DNA of 47,669 bases from a virus (taxonomy: Duplodnaviria; Caudoviricetes), in the IMG/VR virus record IMGVR_UViG_3300020042_005913, positions 1 to 47,669 of that record; one strand, 5' to 3'. Below, one piece after another: positions 36,489-45,277 of the stretch. A model generated the notes under the pieces. That model was not told where the DNA came from. It did no database searches and worked only from the letters and a program-made list of their open reading frames with translations. The position numbers and the translations under genes were made by a program. The stretch's first letter is position 1. Each line of letters opens with the position of its first letter.

Positions 36489-37801
36489 GACTTGATGGCC
36501 TTGTAGTTGGACATGATTCGTAGCATGGCCTGCTGGCCCTCGCCCTTCTCGCGCAGGGATTCTATCACGGCGTCGTCAATGGTAGCGGGGCAAAGTATCC
36601 GGTAGATTAGGGGCTGTAGACCTTGGCCCTTACGGATCACGCGAGCGTTAAACTGGTCGTAGAGTTCCCGGCTCCACGTTGGGGAGAACCATACGATGAC
36701 TCGTCCTCCACCCTGTAAGTTGAGTCCGTGTCCTAGGCTACGGGGATCGGCGACGAGGGTTTTAATCTTGCCTGAGTTCCATTCGGTTTCGATATCGCCC
36801 TTGAACTTACTGGCGTCCACGCAGTCGGGGATCTCCCGGCAGATGCGCTCGCGTTCGTGGATGTACTGGCAGGCGACTATCGCGGGCTCGTCCAACTCGG
36901 TTAGGAGTTTACGCAGGGCTTTAATCTTGGAGTCGTGCAACTCCTCTACTTCCCCAGTATCGGTATAGACCGTGCCCCCGCATATCTGTAGGAGCTTACC
37001 TACCAGCACGGCGGCATTGCGAGCGACCACCTCCCCGCCGCTCGGTACGTTGATTAGGAATTCTCTCTCCAGTTCCCGGTAGTCCTCTTTCACGCAGTCT
37101 GGCAGGGCTACCTCTATGTCCTCCACGATGGTGTCCTTGATGTCTAGGTAGTCGCTGCTGCGAAGGGTCAGGGTCAGGTCGGAAATCTTGGCGTACACCT
37201 TCTGCTCTGCCCCCGCTTGGGGTACCCAGTTGTAGCGCATGTAATCGGTTGGGTAGAAATAGGAATCACGGAACCGGGTGAATGAGGGACTCAGCCTGCG
37301 CCCGTCATCGAGCAAGCGTACCTGACCGAAGAGTTCCAGCAGCGAGTTGGGCCGGGGCGTACCGGTGAGTCCCCACCTGCGATGGTGCTGCAAGAGCGGC
37401 GTAATAGCCTTGATGCGTTTACTCTTCGGGTTCTTGGCTCTCGTTATCTCGTCGAAGATAACCACATCGCAGAAACTCAAATCGGTTAGCCGGTCCAGCC
37501 GCTCATAGTTTATGGTGTATATCTGGGCATTACCCGAGGGAGGGTCGTTACGGAGATGCTCTATCTTCATCCATCTAAACTCGTCCCACTTGGCGATTTC
37601 GTTTGGCCATGTCATCTTCGCCACTCGCAAGGGAGCGACCACCAAGGCGGAACGACACTCCCCATTGACGAACAGTTCTTGCAGAGCGGCTAGCGTGGAC
37701 GAGGTCTTACCCAAGCCCAAACCAACGCAGCAGTAAGCCCGCTCCTTGGACAGAAGGAAGTCCCGCATAGACTCCTGATAGGGTTCCAGAGTTATTTGCA
37801 T
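36485..37801 (-). CDS. SNF2-family helicase
   Basis: PYQ, GLGKT, IFDE, LTGTP, GHGLNLQ and Q.NAR..R.GQ motifs. Confidence 0.92.
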   Translation of the reverse strand: MQITLEPYQESMRDFLLSKERAYCCVGLGLGKTSSTLAALQELFVNGECRSALVVAPLRVAKMTWPNEIAKWDEFRWMKIEHLRNDPPSGNAQIYTINYERLDRLTDLSFCDVVIFDEITRAKNPKSKRIKAITPLLQHHRRWGLTGTPRPNSLLELFGQVRLLDDGRRLSPSFTRFRDSYFYPTDYMRYNWVPQAGAEQKVYAKISDLTLTLRSSDYLDIKDTIVEDIEVALPDCVKEDYRELEREFLINVPSGGEVVARNAAVLVGKLLQICGGTVYTDTGEVEELHDSKIKALRKLLTELDEPAIVACQYIHERERICREIPDCVDASKFKGDIETEWNSGKIKTLVADPRSLGHGLNLQGGGRVIVWFSPTWSRELYDQFNARVIRKGQGLQPLIYRILCPATIDDAVIESLREKGEGQQAMLRIMSNYKAIKS

Positions 37802-38082
37802 CAGGCGTCCTGAAAGTAATGCAGAATTATCTGGGCAGCTTCGTTAAAGTTATCAGCCCAACCCGAGGGGATTCCCGCTTGGGTAATCCGCTTAAGCTCC
37901 CGCTTCTGCAACGCGGTAGGTTTGCATCCAGCCTTTTTGAGTTCCAAGAAAAAGACTCTACCCCCACCCATGATAACGCGGTCCGGTACTCCCCGCTGTG
38001 AGGGGGAAGAGAACTTGTAGGTCAACAAGCCCAACGTGCCACACAGCTTAACGACCTGAGACTCTAGTTTAGATTCGCTCAC
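37801..38082 (-). CDS. VRR-NUC domain nuclease
   Basis: E..LE, GVPDR, FLELK and PTALQ motifs. Confidence 0.9.
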   Translation of the reverse strand: MSESKLESQVVKLCGTLGLLTYKFSSPSQRGVPDRVIMGGGRVFFLELKKAGCKPTALQKRELKRITQAGIPSGWADNFNEAAQIILHYFQDA

Positions 38083-38342
38083 CGGGTAGCTTTCATTTTC
38101 CGGTTGTACTTTGCACGCTGCACCTTGCTCAGTCTTCCCAGCAGTCGGCTCAGGATAACCTTACGGTGTTGATGCATAAGCTCGATGGTCACCAAGCGCA
38201 GGAGATCCCCCTCCGTTACACCCTCTAGGAATATGGAGTTGAGTTTATTCCACCCGCTCAAACCCGGACGGAGACGAGCGTAGTCCTTGTCGGATATCTC
38301 TATTGGGTAATCAAATATCTGATACTTATTTGGTATGTTCAT
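38079..38342 (-). CDS. hypothetical protein
   Basis: 87 aa with overlaps to both neighbours. Confidence 0.7.
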   Translation of the reverse strand: MNIPNKYQIFDYPIEISDKDYARLRPGLSGWNKLNSIFLEGVTEGDLLRLVTIELMHQHRKVILSRLLGRLSKVQRAKYNRKMKATR

Positions 38343-40279
38343 TTGGAATAGTAGGGTGCAACTTTAGCTTCCACTTTCAGAGGTAGTCCGGTGGCCCAAG
38401 AGGGCACTTGAGAAAGAGCCTGAGCAAAGGACTCGGGTGATTGACCGGAGTCTTGTACGGCTAGGGCTTGATCGTGGATCAGGGCAAAGGGCATCATACC
38501 CTTCGACTCGGCGTTGATTGCTCCATGAGCCATGATATCTGCGGCGATAGCTTGGCAGATGTTCTCGAACATCTTCGCACCGTACATCTTCACCCTACCC
38601 CATTGGGTGGTGGCAAGGACGGCACCCCAGTAGGTTATATCCCCGTTCTCTATGAGCGGTGACGGATAGGCTAGCTTACGTCCAGAGGGTAGCTGGACCC
38701 GAAGATATAGCATCCCTGCGGTCCACTCGGTCCATAGCTTTAGATAGGAACAAGGAGCATAGATAACTTTGGGGTTGCCGATAGCAGCCCGGATATTCCT
38801 ATCGAGATTGTACCATAGCGCAGTCAAACGGGGATGCTGGGTGCGGAAGGTAACCTTGGCTTGTTCAGCCATCGTAAGATCTATGTTAATGCCGTACAGA
38901 TCGCGGCATGAGGAATGGAATTTATCCGCTCCCATCCCGTAGCCTAGCCCGAGTATGGCTACCTTACCGAGAGCACGCTGGTCAGGAGTAACCCGCTCCT
39001 CGCTTACCCCGTAGATCTTAGCAGCCATGGTACGGTACCGGTCAGCCCCGCGAGCGTAGTCCTTGAGTGCCTGCTCCTCACCGGATACCCAGCAGGCGAT
39101 GCGTGCCTCGATGGCGTTGTAGTCCGCATCCAGCAGGGGATGTTCCGCGTGGACGAAGTGACGAATCGAGGAGGCCAAGACCTCTAGGCATTCCCCATAG
39201 ACTGCCTCGATGCCTTCGGGAGTCCCGCCATTGCAGAGATAGTTATACGCTGCTTCCGTGACCGGACGCATCGCGTAGGTTGCCTTCTTCGCGTTCTGAA
39301 TCTGGGGACCACCAGCAGACCATCGACCCGTGCCAGCACCATAGTACTTGAAGACTCCTCGCATCCTCTGGTCGGTGCAAACCCACGCCCTCATGGATGC
39401 GATCTTCTTTATGGCTGCGTAATTGAGTTGTGAGTACAACTCCAGACCCCTCTTGGCTTTGGGGTTGAGACCGTCACGGGGCAATGCCTCTATCGTAGCC
39501 GCCTGCATATTATCTAGGACTACCCCATTAAACTTCAGCCATTCCATCACCTTGGCCCTCTGCGTGATAGTGAACCCGGTTAAGTTACGGAACTCTTTCT
39601 TCGCCTTAGTGGAGACCGTGTAAACCATATCGTCGGCTGCATCCAGAGCGTCGGAGTTTACTGGTATGCCAGCTAGGTTCATGCGAAGAGTGAACTGGAA
39701 GTCGGCTAGGTTAGCGTCGGTCAGGTCAAAACTCTTAACGAGCTGCTGATGGATAGCCTTCTCGACCACCACATCCTGTCGGCAGTACTGACCGAACCGT
39801 TGCCAGCGGTCTACGTTCTCCTTGGGCTCGGCAAAGCTAGTGGTCTCCGGGTCTAGGATACAGAACAACCGGATCAGGGCTTTACCCTTGGCGTCCTTCG
39901 TCTCGGGTAGCCCTAACGCCTCTGCACACTTGGCGAGTGAGTCGGGCAGACCAGCCATGCGTGCCATGGCAGCAGTGCATCTCCACTGGTCGATGCGTAT
40001 ATCCGCAAACTTAGTACCCCATACGATGGCGTGCTCGAAGGGTGCGTTGTGGGCGTACACCAAGTCGGCCTTGCTGAGTAACTCCAAAGCCTTGGGGTCC
40101 GATACCATGCCCTCGGTTTCGTACTTGGGGTTGACCCACAAGTGAACGGGGCTGTCCTCCCCCCCGGCGGTGACTGCGGCCATGAGTACCTCGGTGCTAG
40201 GGTCGCAGGCATAGCGGTAAGCTCCCACGGTGGGGAGGTCGGCTCTGGACCGGGTCTCGAAGTCTAGGTATACGTTCAT
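38339..40279 (-). CDS. polA: DNA polymerase family A with 3'-5' exonuclease
   Basis: ExoI DFET, ExoII HNAPFE, ExoIII YCRQD, TGRWS, motif A DYNAIEAR, motif B R...K...LGLGYG, motif C IHDQ. Confidence 0.93.
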   Translation of the reverse strand: MNVYLDFETRSRADLPTVGAYRYACDPSTEVLMAAVTAGGEDSPVHLWVNPKYETEGMVSDPKALELLSKADLVYAHNAPFEHAIVWGTKFADIRIDQWRCTAAMARMAGLPDSLAKCAEALGLPETKDAKGKALIRLFCILDPETTSFAEPKENVDRWQRFGQYCRQDVVVEKAIHQQLVKSFDLTDANLADFQFTLRMNLAGIPVNSDALDAADDMVYTVSTKAKKEFRNLTGFTITQRAKVMEWLKFNGVVLDNMQAATIEALPRDGLNPKAKRGLELYSQLNYAAIKKIASMRAWVCTDQRMRGVFKYYGAGTGRWSAGGPQIQNAKKATYAMRPVTEAAYNYLCNGGTPEGIEAVYGECLEVLASSIRHFVHAEHPLLDADYNAIEARIACWVSGEEQALKDYARGADRYRTMAAKIYGVSEERVTPDQRALGKVAILGLGYGMGADKFHSSCRDLYGINIDLTMAEQAKVTFRTQHPRLTALWYNLDRNIRAAIGNPKVIYAPCSYLKLWTEWTAGMLYLRVQLPSGRKLAYPSPLIENGDITYWGAVLATTQWGRVKMYGAKMFENICQAIAADIMAHGAINAESKGMMPFALIHDQALAVQDSGQSPESFAQALSQVPSWATGLPLKVEAKVAPYYSK

Positions 40280-40283
40280 AGAA

Positions 40284-40343
40284 TGGTGGGCCTACAGGGA
40301 TTCGAACCCTGAACCAAAGCTCTAACCGTTGAGCTATAAGCCC
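40284..40343 (-). ncRNA. tRNA-like RNA lacking the anticodon arm (tRNA-Ile2/Lys-type body), CCA encoded
   Basis: GGGCTTA-TA-GCTC-AACGGTTA-GAGC-TTTGGTT-CAGGG-TTCGAAT-CCCTG-TAGGCCC-A-CCA (60 nt). Confidence 0.85.
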
Positions 40344-40346
40344 ATA

Positions 40347-40375
40347 TTCCCACCCTGCACTAGGCAGGGTGGGGA
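40347..40375. promoter_or_regulatory. strong hairpin CCCACCCTGC-ACTAG-GCAGGGTGGG between the SSB gene and the tRNA-like RNA
   Basis: 10-bp perfect stem (40349-40358/40364-40373); no U tract on either strand. Confidence 0.6.
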
Positions 40376-40387
40376 GGGGTTATCGGA

Positions 40388-40915
40388 TTACAGAACGTCG
40401 TCTTCGGGCAGAGCGGCGAACTCCTTGTTCACATCGATGTTGCCTTCACCAAAGGCTTTACCGTCCTTCACAAACTGCACGGCGCGGAGAGCAGCGTTGA
40501 TGCGCTTGCCGTATTGATTATCCTGCGCCCAGATGCGGACCGTAGCGTTAACGTAGCATCCGGCATATGGTTTGTTATCGTCCTTGGTGAGGGGAGTCAT
40601 GTCCCGGTTGACTACTCCCGGCCTCTTGTCTGAGCGGGCGTTGATGAACATGACACCGGGTCCGTACCCATCGGTCTCCTTCTCCGCTCCATCGCGAAGG
40701 CAAACCTTGGGTGGAACCTTGTTCTTGAAGGACTCGCGCACGACGACAGCCAAAGCATTTTGGAGGGCCTTGATCTCGTCAGCATTGGCCTTCTTATCGA
40801 GGATGAAAGCCGCCTGATAACAAGCCTTCGAGTTGGCATCCGGTCCCTGCTTGGGTTCCCACAGTGCGGGAAAGCTTAGACGGACATTGTTTAACGTAAC
40901 ATTCACTTCGTTCAT
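40388..40915 (-). CDS. ssb: single-stranded DNA-binding protein (DUF2815/Enc34-like)
   Basis: VRLSFP, LRDG, YAGCYVNA and L.AVQFVKDGKAFG motifs; acidic C-terminal tail. Confidence 0.88.
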   Translation of the reverse strand: MNEVNVTLNNVRLSFPALWEPKQGPDANSKACYQAAFILDKKANADEIKALQNALAVVVRESFKNKVPPKVCLRDGAEKETDGYGPGVMFINARSDKRPGVVNRDMTPLTKDDNKPYAGCYVNATVRIWAQDNQYGKRINAALRAVQFVKDGKAFGEGNIDVNKEFAALPEDDVL

Positions 40916-42054
40916 TGTAATTTCTCCAGTGGTTCGAGTTTAGTATTTAGCGACGGCCTATTATCTGACTCCAAAACGAGGGTAGGCTTTCCCTCGGGCC
41001 TAACGATTAGATCCTCAAAACGGTTTTTGAATTTCGAGGACAGAGTGATTCCCTTCAGGGCACGCTCGGCACCCGCAGGACTTACGATATCGGACGGTGG
41101 GCGTATCTGTTCCATCGTCAGATGAACCGATAGAAGTTGCATGGCCTTAGCAGGGTTATCCCAAGTGCGGTTCGACTTACCCTCCACCAACTTGAAACCC
41201 ATGGACGGCTCACCCTTGGTCAGGTCTGCTTTCTCCTGATCCTCCAGTGCCTCCATCCAGTCCACCAACTTACGTTTGAGCAGCAGCACACGTATGCGCT
41301 GCTCGCGAGTGAGCGTGTCGATGCTTGGTAGGTCGATGACCCGCGCTTGCTCGGGCAGAGCCACCAGCCCTTGGGAGGCATAGGCTGCACAGATGCCCTT
41401 GGCCGTGCAGAACTTACAAGCTGAGTCGGTGGGGACAAACTCCCCACGCCCAGCGAGGATGATCTCAGCCATGTCGCCGAGAGTCTGGGTGTAGTTACGC
41501 AGTTCCTTGCGGGTCAGCATCCATGTCCGGACAGGCTCGGGGTTGCTCCGGTCTCGCGGTTGGAAGATGGTGAGCTGGACACTGAAGTCGTCCGGGATGT
41601 CGCTGACCGCTTCCCATTCGCGCAGGACCGACTCGGCGTAGATTGCTAGCTGGGTATTGTAGGCTGCTGCAACACTGACGCCGATGCCGTACTTGAGGTC
41701 GATAATCTTAACCCCATCCGGGTGCATGATGATCGTGTCCACGATACCATTACGCTCTGGTAGATAGAACAGCCCGACCTTCTTCTCGACCCGCATGACA
41801 GCTCCCTTCTGAGTCTTCTGGCTGCGGACGTAGTCCACGTATGCTCCCACATGGACGGCCATCTCGGGGGGCATATCCGTGACCGGGAAGTCCAGCAGCA
41901 GACTACTCGCGTAGCTGTGCGCTTTCGTACCCTCGTCAGCAAAGACCCCACCATCCGGGGGTAACTCGGATGCGTGGTCTACTAGGAATTGCGGGCTGGC
42001 CGTGCAGACGGACCAGCGGTGGGCAGCAGACGGGCCTAAGTTTAACCGACTCAT
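40912..42054 (-). CDS. DUF2800 / Cas4-like PD-(D/E)xK exonuclease
   Basis: PSAAHRW..C, EGTKAH, D...IIDLKYG, QLAIYA, IFQPR, C.FC....C. Confidence 0.88.
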   Translation of the reverse strand: MSRLNLGPSAAHRWSVCTASPQFLVDHASELPPDGGVFADEGTKAHSYASSLLLDFPVTDMPPEMAVHVGAYVDYVRSQKTQKGAVMRVEKKVGLFYLPERNGIVDTIIMHPDGVKIIDLKYGIGVSVAAAYNTQLAIYAESVLREWEAVSDIPDDFSVQLTIFQPRDRSNPEPVRTWMLTRKELRNYTQTLGDMAEIILAGRGEFVPTDSACKFCTAKGICAAYASQGLVALPEQARVIDLPSIDTLTREQRIRVLLLKRKLVDWMEALEDQEKADLTKGEPSMGFKLVEGKSNRTWDNPAKAMQLLSVHLTMEQIRPPSDIVSPAGAERALKGITLSSKFKNRFEDLIVRPEGKPTLVLESDNRPSLNTKLEPLEKLQ

Positions 42055-42386
42055 TCGAGCGCAGCCGTGAGGGCTTGGTGGATCGAATTAATCTGTGCGG
42101 AAGTTGCCTCCGACAGACGCTTGATCCCGTGGTCGGCATTTATCTTTTGGATAGATGCCAGCTTACCTTTGTCCAGCAAAGCCTGCGCCAGATTACGCAG
42201 ATCGTTGACGGTAATGGTAGGTTTCTCATCCCCTGCCACCACTGCCTTTGGGACCGCGACAGTGGGGACGGGGGCCGGGGCCGGGGCCTCGAACTCTGCC
42301 GTATGGGTAGCCACTGTGCCTTCGGCTACCGAGAGGACTTGGGTCAGGCGGTCGATTGCCGCGACGAGTTTATCAATGTCAGTCAT
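42051..42386 (-). CDS. hypothetical protein typical upstream of DUF2800 genes
   Basis: 111 aa, Pro/Ala linker plus a small helical C-domain; AAGGAG SD. Confidence 0.75.
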   Translation of the reverse strand: MTDIDKLVAAIDRLTQVLSVAEGTVATHTAEFEAPAPAPVPTVAVPKAVVAGDEKPTITVNDLRNLAQALLDKGKLASIQKINADHGIKRLSEATSAQINSIHQALTAALE

Positions 42387-42394
42387 ATATCTCC

Positions 42395-42637
42395 TTAGTT
42401 ATTCCCATTCAGGTTATCGTTTATGAGGGCGAGCTGCGCCATCACGTAGAAAAGTTTCTCTTCGGACTCCCGGAGCCGAGCCTCCAGCTCGATGACTTGC
42501 TCTCCTAGTCTCTGGTTGGAGAACTGGAGTCGGGCCTCCAGCCCGAGGGATTGACCGGACCAAGAGAGGGGCAGGGACAGGGGCAGGAGCAATTGAGTGA
42601 CGTGCATGGGCGGTACAGAAACAGGTTTAGTATTCAT
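42395..42637 (-). CDS. hypothetical coiled-coil protein
   Basis: Likely start ATG 42637 (80 aa), just after the primase stop. Confidence 0.55.
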   Translation of the reverse strand: MNTKPVSVPPMHVTQLLLPLSLPLSWSGQSLGLEARLQFSNQRLGEQVIELEARLRESEEKLFYVMAQLALINDNLNGNN

Positions 42638-42650
42638 GTCGAGAGCATTC

Positions 42651-45089
42651 TTAAAATAAATCCATCCGCAACTGAGCCATCTTGGCGGCGTCCCCGTCGA
42701 GGGCTCGGCGATACAGGGAATGACGAGCCCCATCGAGAGTGTGCCGTCCAGCTACCTCGTAGTTTAGCTCACGCAGGATGGAGGACAGAGCTTGGTCAGA
42801 GTACTGCGAGAGCCGGTCGTTGGGTAGCACCGCCCTCAAGGCCGAGACCGACACCAGATCATGACGCACGAGTGGGTTCACTGCATCTTGGATGGCGTCG
42901 CTCACTGCCATGAACAGCGGAGTGGCAGTCTGTTCCGCGAGCTCCTTCAGGAATGGAGTGACCGGGGCGCGACCATTCGCGTTGAAGTCGGCTGAGATCT
43001 TCCAGTTCTCCGCGAAGGCACGCAGCCCACCAGCGTGGGAATCGCACAGGTCGTAGCACGCCGTGAAGTACCCTGCCCCACCGAGCCGAACAATATCCGC
43101 TTCGGTCTGCAAAGGAGACCGGATATAAAAGTATCTGCGGTCATCGCGGTGAACGGCCAGTGCGTCGTGGTAGTTCGTGAAGATTATATAGTTGGTTATA
43201 TTAGGAACGCTCTGCACGGGCTCATACATATTACGCACCGAGATAACACTGTCACTGATGTGCGGCTTCATGCGGTCCATGGCCTTGTGTCGGTTGGTTC
43301 CTACTATTCTCACCTCGTCCACGACATTGACTTGGTTTCCAGTGGCCCACGAATTGTGGATACCATCGACGATATGGTAAGCTGCGACCCGACCGACGTT
43401 GGTCTGACCGAGCATGGTGGTTACCATCTGGGCTAGTAATCCTTTGCCTGCACCCAACCCGGACTGTATAGCCAAGCAGAAGCGAATCTTTTTACCGGGA
43501 TGCTGCACCAGATAGGCCATGAAATCCATGGTCTGTATGGCCCAGTCTTTGGTCACCAGATAATCGAGGTGCGTCATGCACATGGCCCCAGCCTCCGCCG
43601 CCTGTGATTGATCGGCGGCTACGTAGCTGGTGCGGTAGGTGTTGATGTAGGGACAACCGCCGTCCACAAAGAGCCGCTTCGAGGTCGATGGGTTGTAGCG
43701 GATATTCTCTACGACAGGGATATTGATTTCGTGGATTAGATATTCCTTGGCCTTCATCTCCGGGTTGGGACTACGGTAGATAAGATCCACACACTCAGGC
43801 CGCATCTTGCGGTTGTCTCCGAAGCGGAAGAATACGTTGGGTGCCGTCAGATAGACGACACCCTTGGTCCAGAGTGGGACCACGCTGTTGAGACGATGGG
43901 ACTCACTCGCCAGACGCTTAACTTCCTTGGTCAGGTCAAGCACCGAGGCACCGTCCAGCCCGTTCTTGCGAGTGGCTTTGTATAGCCCGGTGATTAGGAT
44001 CTTGGTCTCCAAGTGTCCTACCACCGCAGATAACTTGGCGATTCGTTTGGCTCCCTGATCGATGAGCTCCTCTGCCGAGCGCACGGGTGAGGCAATCCAC
44101 TCGCGAGCGGAGTCGAACAGCCGGGTCGTAAGGGCGCGGCTAGACCAACCATTAGCGGTAGCCAAGCGAATCACGGAACGGATTGTCACCGGAGCCCGGT
44201 CCTTCGGTTGGCCCGTGAACGAATCCCACCGGGTGCGAGTCTCGCTTTCGTCAACGTACTTATCCCCGGTCGTGGACCACTCGTCCCACATCGTGTATCC
44301 TTGCTCACCGAACTGATGCTTGAGGCCCATGCCGACTTCGATCCAGTCCTGCATCGAACAGTCAGCGTCTATCCGGGTGAGGGCATCGGCTATGTCGCTA
44401 GCCTGTATCCCCTCCATGGGCAGACGGAGGTATTCTAGGTTGCCTATCGTCGGGTCTGACTTGGGGTTGGCTGGCGCGAGAGTTGAGGTCACATCCTCCA
44501 CCGAGTTGCCCAGAATAAAGTTCGTACCCTTTGGGTTGTCGTGAACCAAGGGCTCGGGGTTGTCGCCCTTGTACGCCACGGGCAGGTACATCGGCTGGAC
44601 GGAAACTTTGCTCTCGCGATTCGCCCCATGCATCATGCCTAGCAGGGCGCACAGGACGTTGACCGCTTCGCTGTAGCGGGCCACGGGTATGCTCTCGCAG
44701 CTAACCATGACGCGCAGTCGAGGAGCCTCGAACGTGGAGCGTGCAGTGCGCCAGACCACGGCGGCGAGTTCGCCGAGCAGGATGTCGAACCCCACGGTCA
44801 GGAGCCGGGAGGCTTCTGCGGTGTCGTCGATGTCGAGGAAGATCAGATTACAAACCAACGCCTGCCCGGTTTGCCGGGGACTGGGCGAGGACCGAAAAGT
44901 CGCAGGCACAAGGTAGTCGCTGGCCTTGGCTTTGTTCTGCTCGGGCTCGGACAGAGCCCACAACTCGGCTCGGGTGAGCACCAAGGCTTCGGGTTGTCGG
45001 ACGGCTTGGTCAACAAGCTCGGTGAAATTCTTGGCGGGATGGGCGATTACCGTGCCCATGGCGGAAGGACTGCCGTGAAAATATTTCAT
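42651..45089 (-). CDS. primase-helicase (AEP-like + PriCT-2 + SF3/DUF5906 helicase)
   Basis: LDID, PRLRV, PriCT-2 W..VGMGL...WDEWS...W.SF, Walker A GAGKG, VVDEV, FTN, DRRY. Confidence 0.88.
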   Translation of the reverse strand: MKYFHGSPSAMGTVIAHPAKNFTELVDQAVRQPEALVLTRAELWALSEPEQNKAKASDYLVPATFRSSPSPRQTGQALVCNLIFLDIDDTAEASRLLTVGFDILLGELAAVVWRTARSTFEAPRLRVMVSCESIPVARYSEAVNVLCALLGMMHGANRESKVSVQPMYLPVAYKGDNPEPLVHDNPKGTNFILGNSVEDVTSTLAPANPKSDPTIGNLEYLRLPMEGIQASDIADALTRIDADCSMQDWIEVGMGLKHQFGEQGYTMWDEWSTTGDKYVDESETRTRWDSFTGQPKDRAPVTIRSVIRLATANGWSSRALTTRLFDSAREWIASPVRSAEELIDQGAKRIAKLSAVVGHLETKILITGLYKATRKNGLDGASVLDLTKEVKRLASESHRLNSVVPLWTKGVVYLTAPNVFFRFGDNRKMRPECVDLIYRSPNPEMKAKEYLIHEINIPVVENIRYNPSTSKRLFVDGGCPYINTYRTSYVAADQSQAAEAGAMCMTHLDYLVTKDWAIQTMDFMAYLVQHPGKKIRFCLAIQSGLGAGKGLLAQMVTTMLGQTNVGRVAAYHIVDGIHNSWATGNQVNVVDEVRIVGTNRHKAMDRMKPHISDSVISVRNMYEPVQSVPNITNYIIFTNYHDALAVHRDDRRYFYIRSPLQTEADIVRLGGAGYFTACYDLCDSHAGGLRAFAENWKISADFNANGRAPVTPFLKELAEQTATPLFMAVSDAIQDAVNPLVRHDLVSVSALRAVLPNDRLSQYSDQALSSILRELNYEVAGRHTLDGARHSLYRRALDGDAAKMAQLRMDLF

Positions 45090-45150
45090 AGCTAGATGGG
45101 GAGGAATGGGGGAAACAAAAACTATTTCTTTAATTGAGCAAGCGAAAACG

Positions 45151-45199
45151 AAAAAAACCCCCCGCTTGCTCGCCGATTACTCGGCAAACAAACGGGGGG
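45151..45199 (-). terminator. intrinsic terminator upstream of the primase
   Basis: 19-bp stem (3 G-U pairs that form only on the - strand), GTAA loop, then T7. Confidence 0.85.
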
Positions 45200-45238
45200 G
45201 AACACGCCTCAGACCCATGAACGATCTGAGGAAATTAT

Positions 45239-45264
45239 CTCACGCCTAGGGTGCTAGGCGTGAG
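45239..45264. repeat. 11-bp perfect inverted repeat CTCACGCCTAG-GGTG-CTAGGCGTGAG, next to a leftward TTGACA (45276-45271)
   Basis: Directly visible; operator- or origin-like. Confidence 0.7.
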
Positions 45265-45277
45265 TGACACTGTCAAC

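Noticed and set aside
40284-40320. tRNA-like element as a simple attP core
   Set aside because: attP sites usually copy only a tRNA 3' part and lie beside an integrase. Here the 5' acceptor strand and D arm are retained and no integrase is nearby, though this cannot be fully excluded because the genome is incomplete.
40912-42054. Cas4-like nuclease as evidence of a CRISPR-Cas system
   Set aside because: It sits in the standard exonuclease-SSB-PolA phage replication module; no cas1 or array is present.
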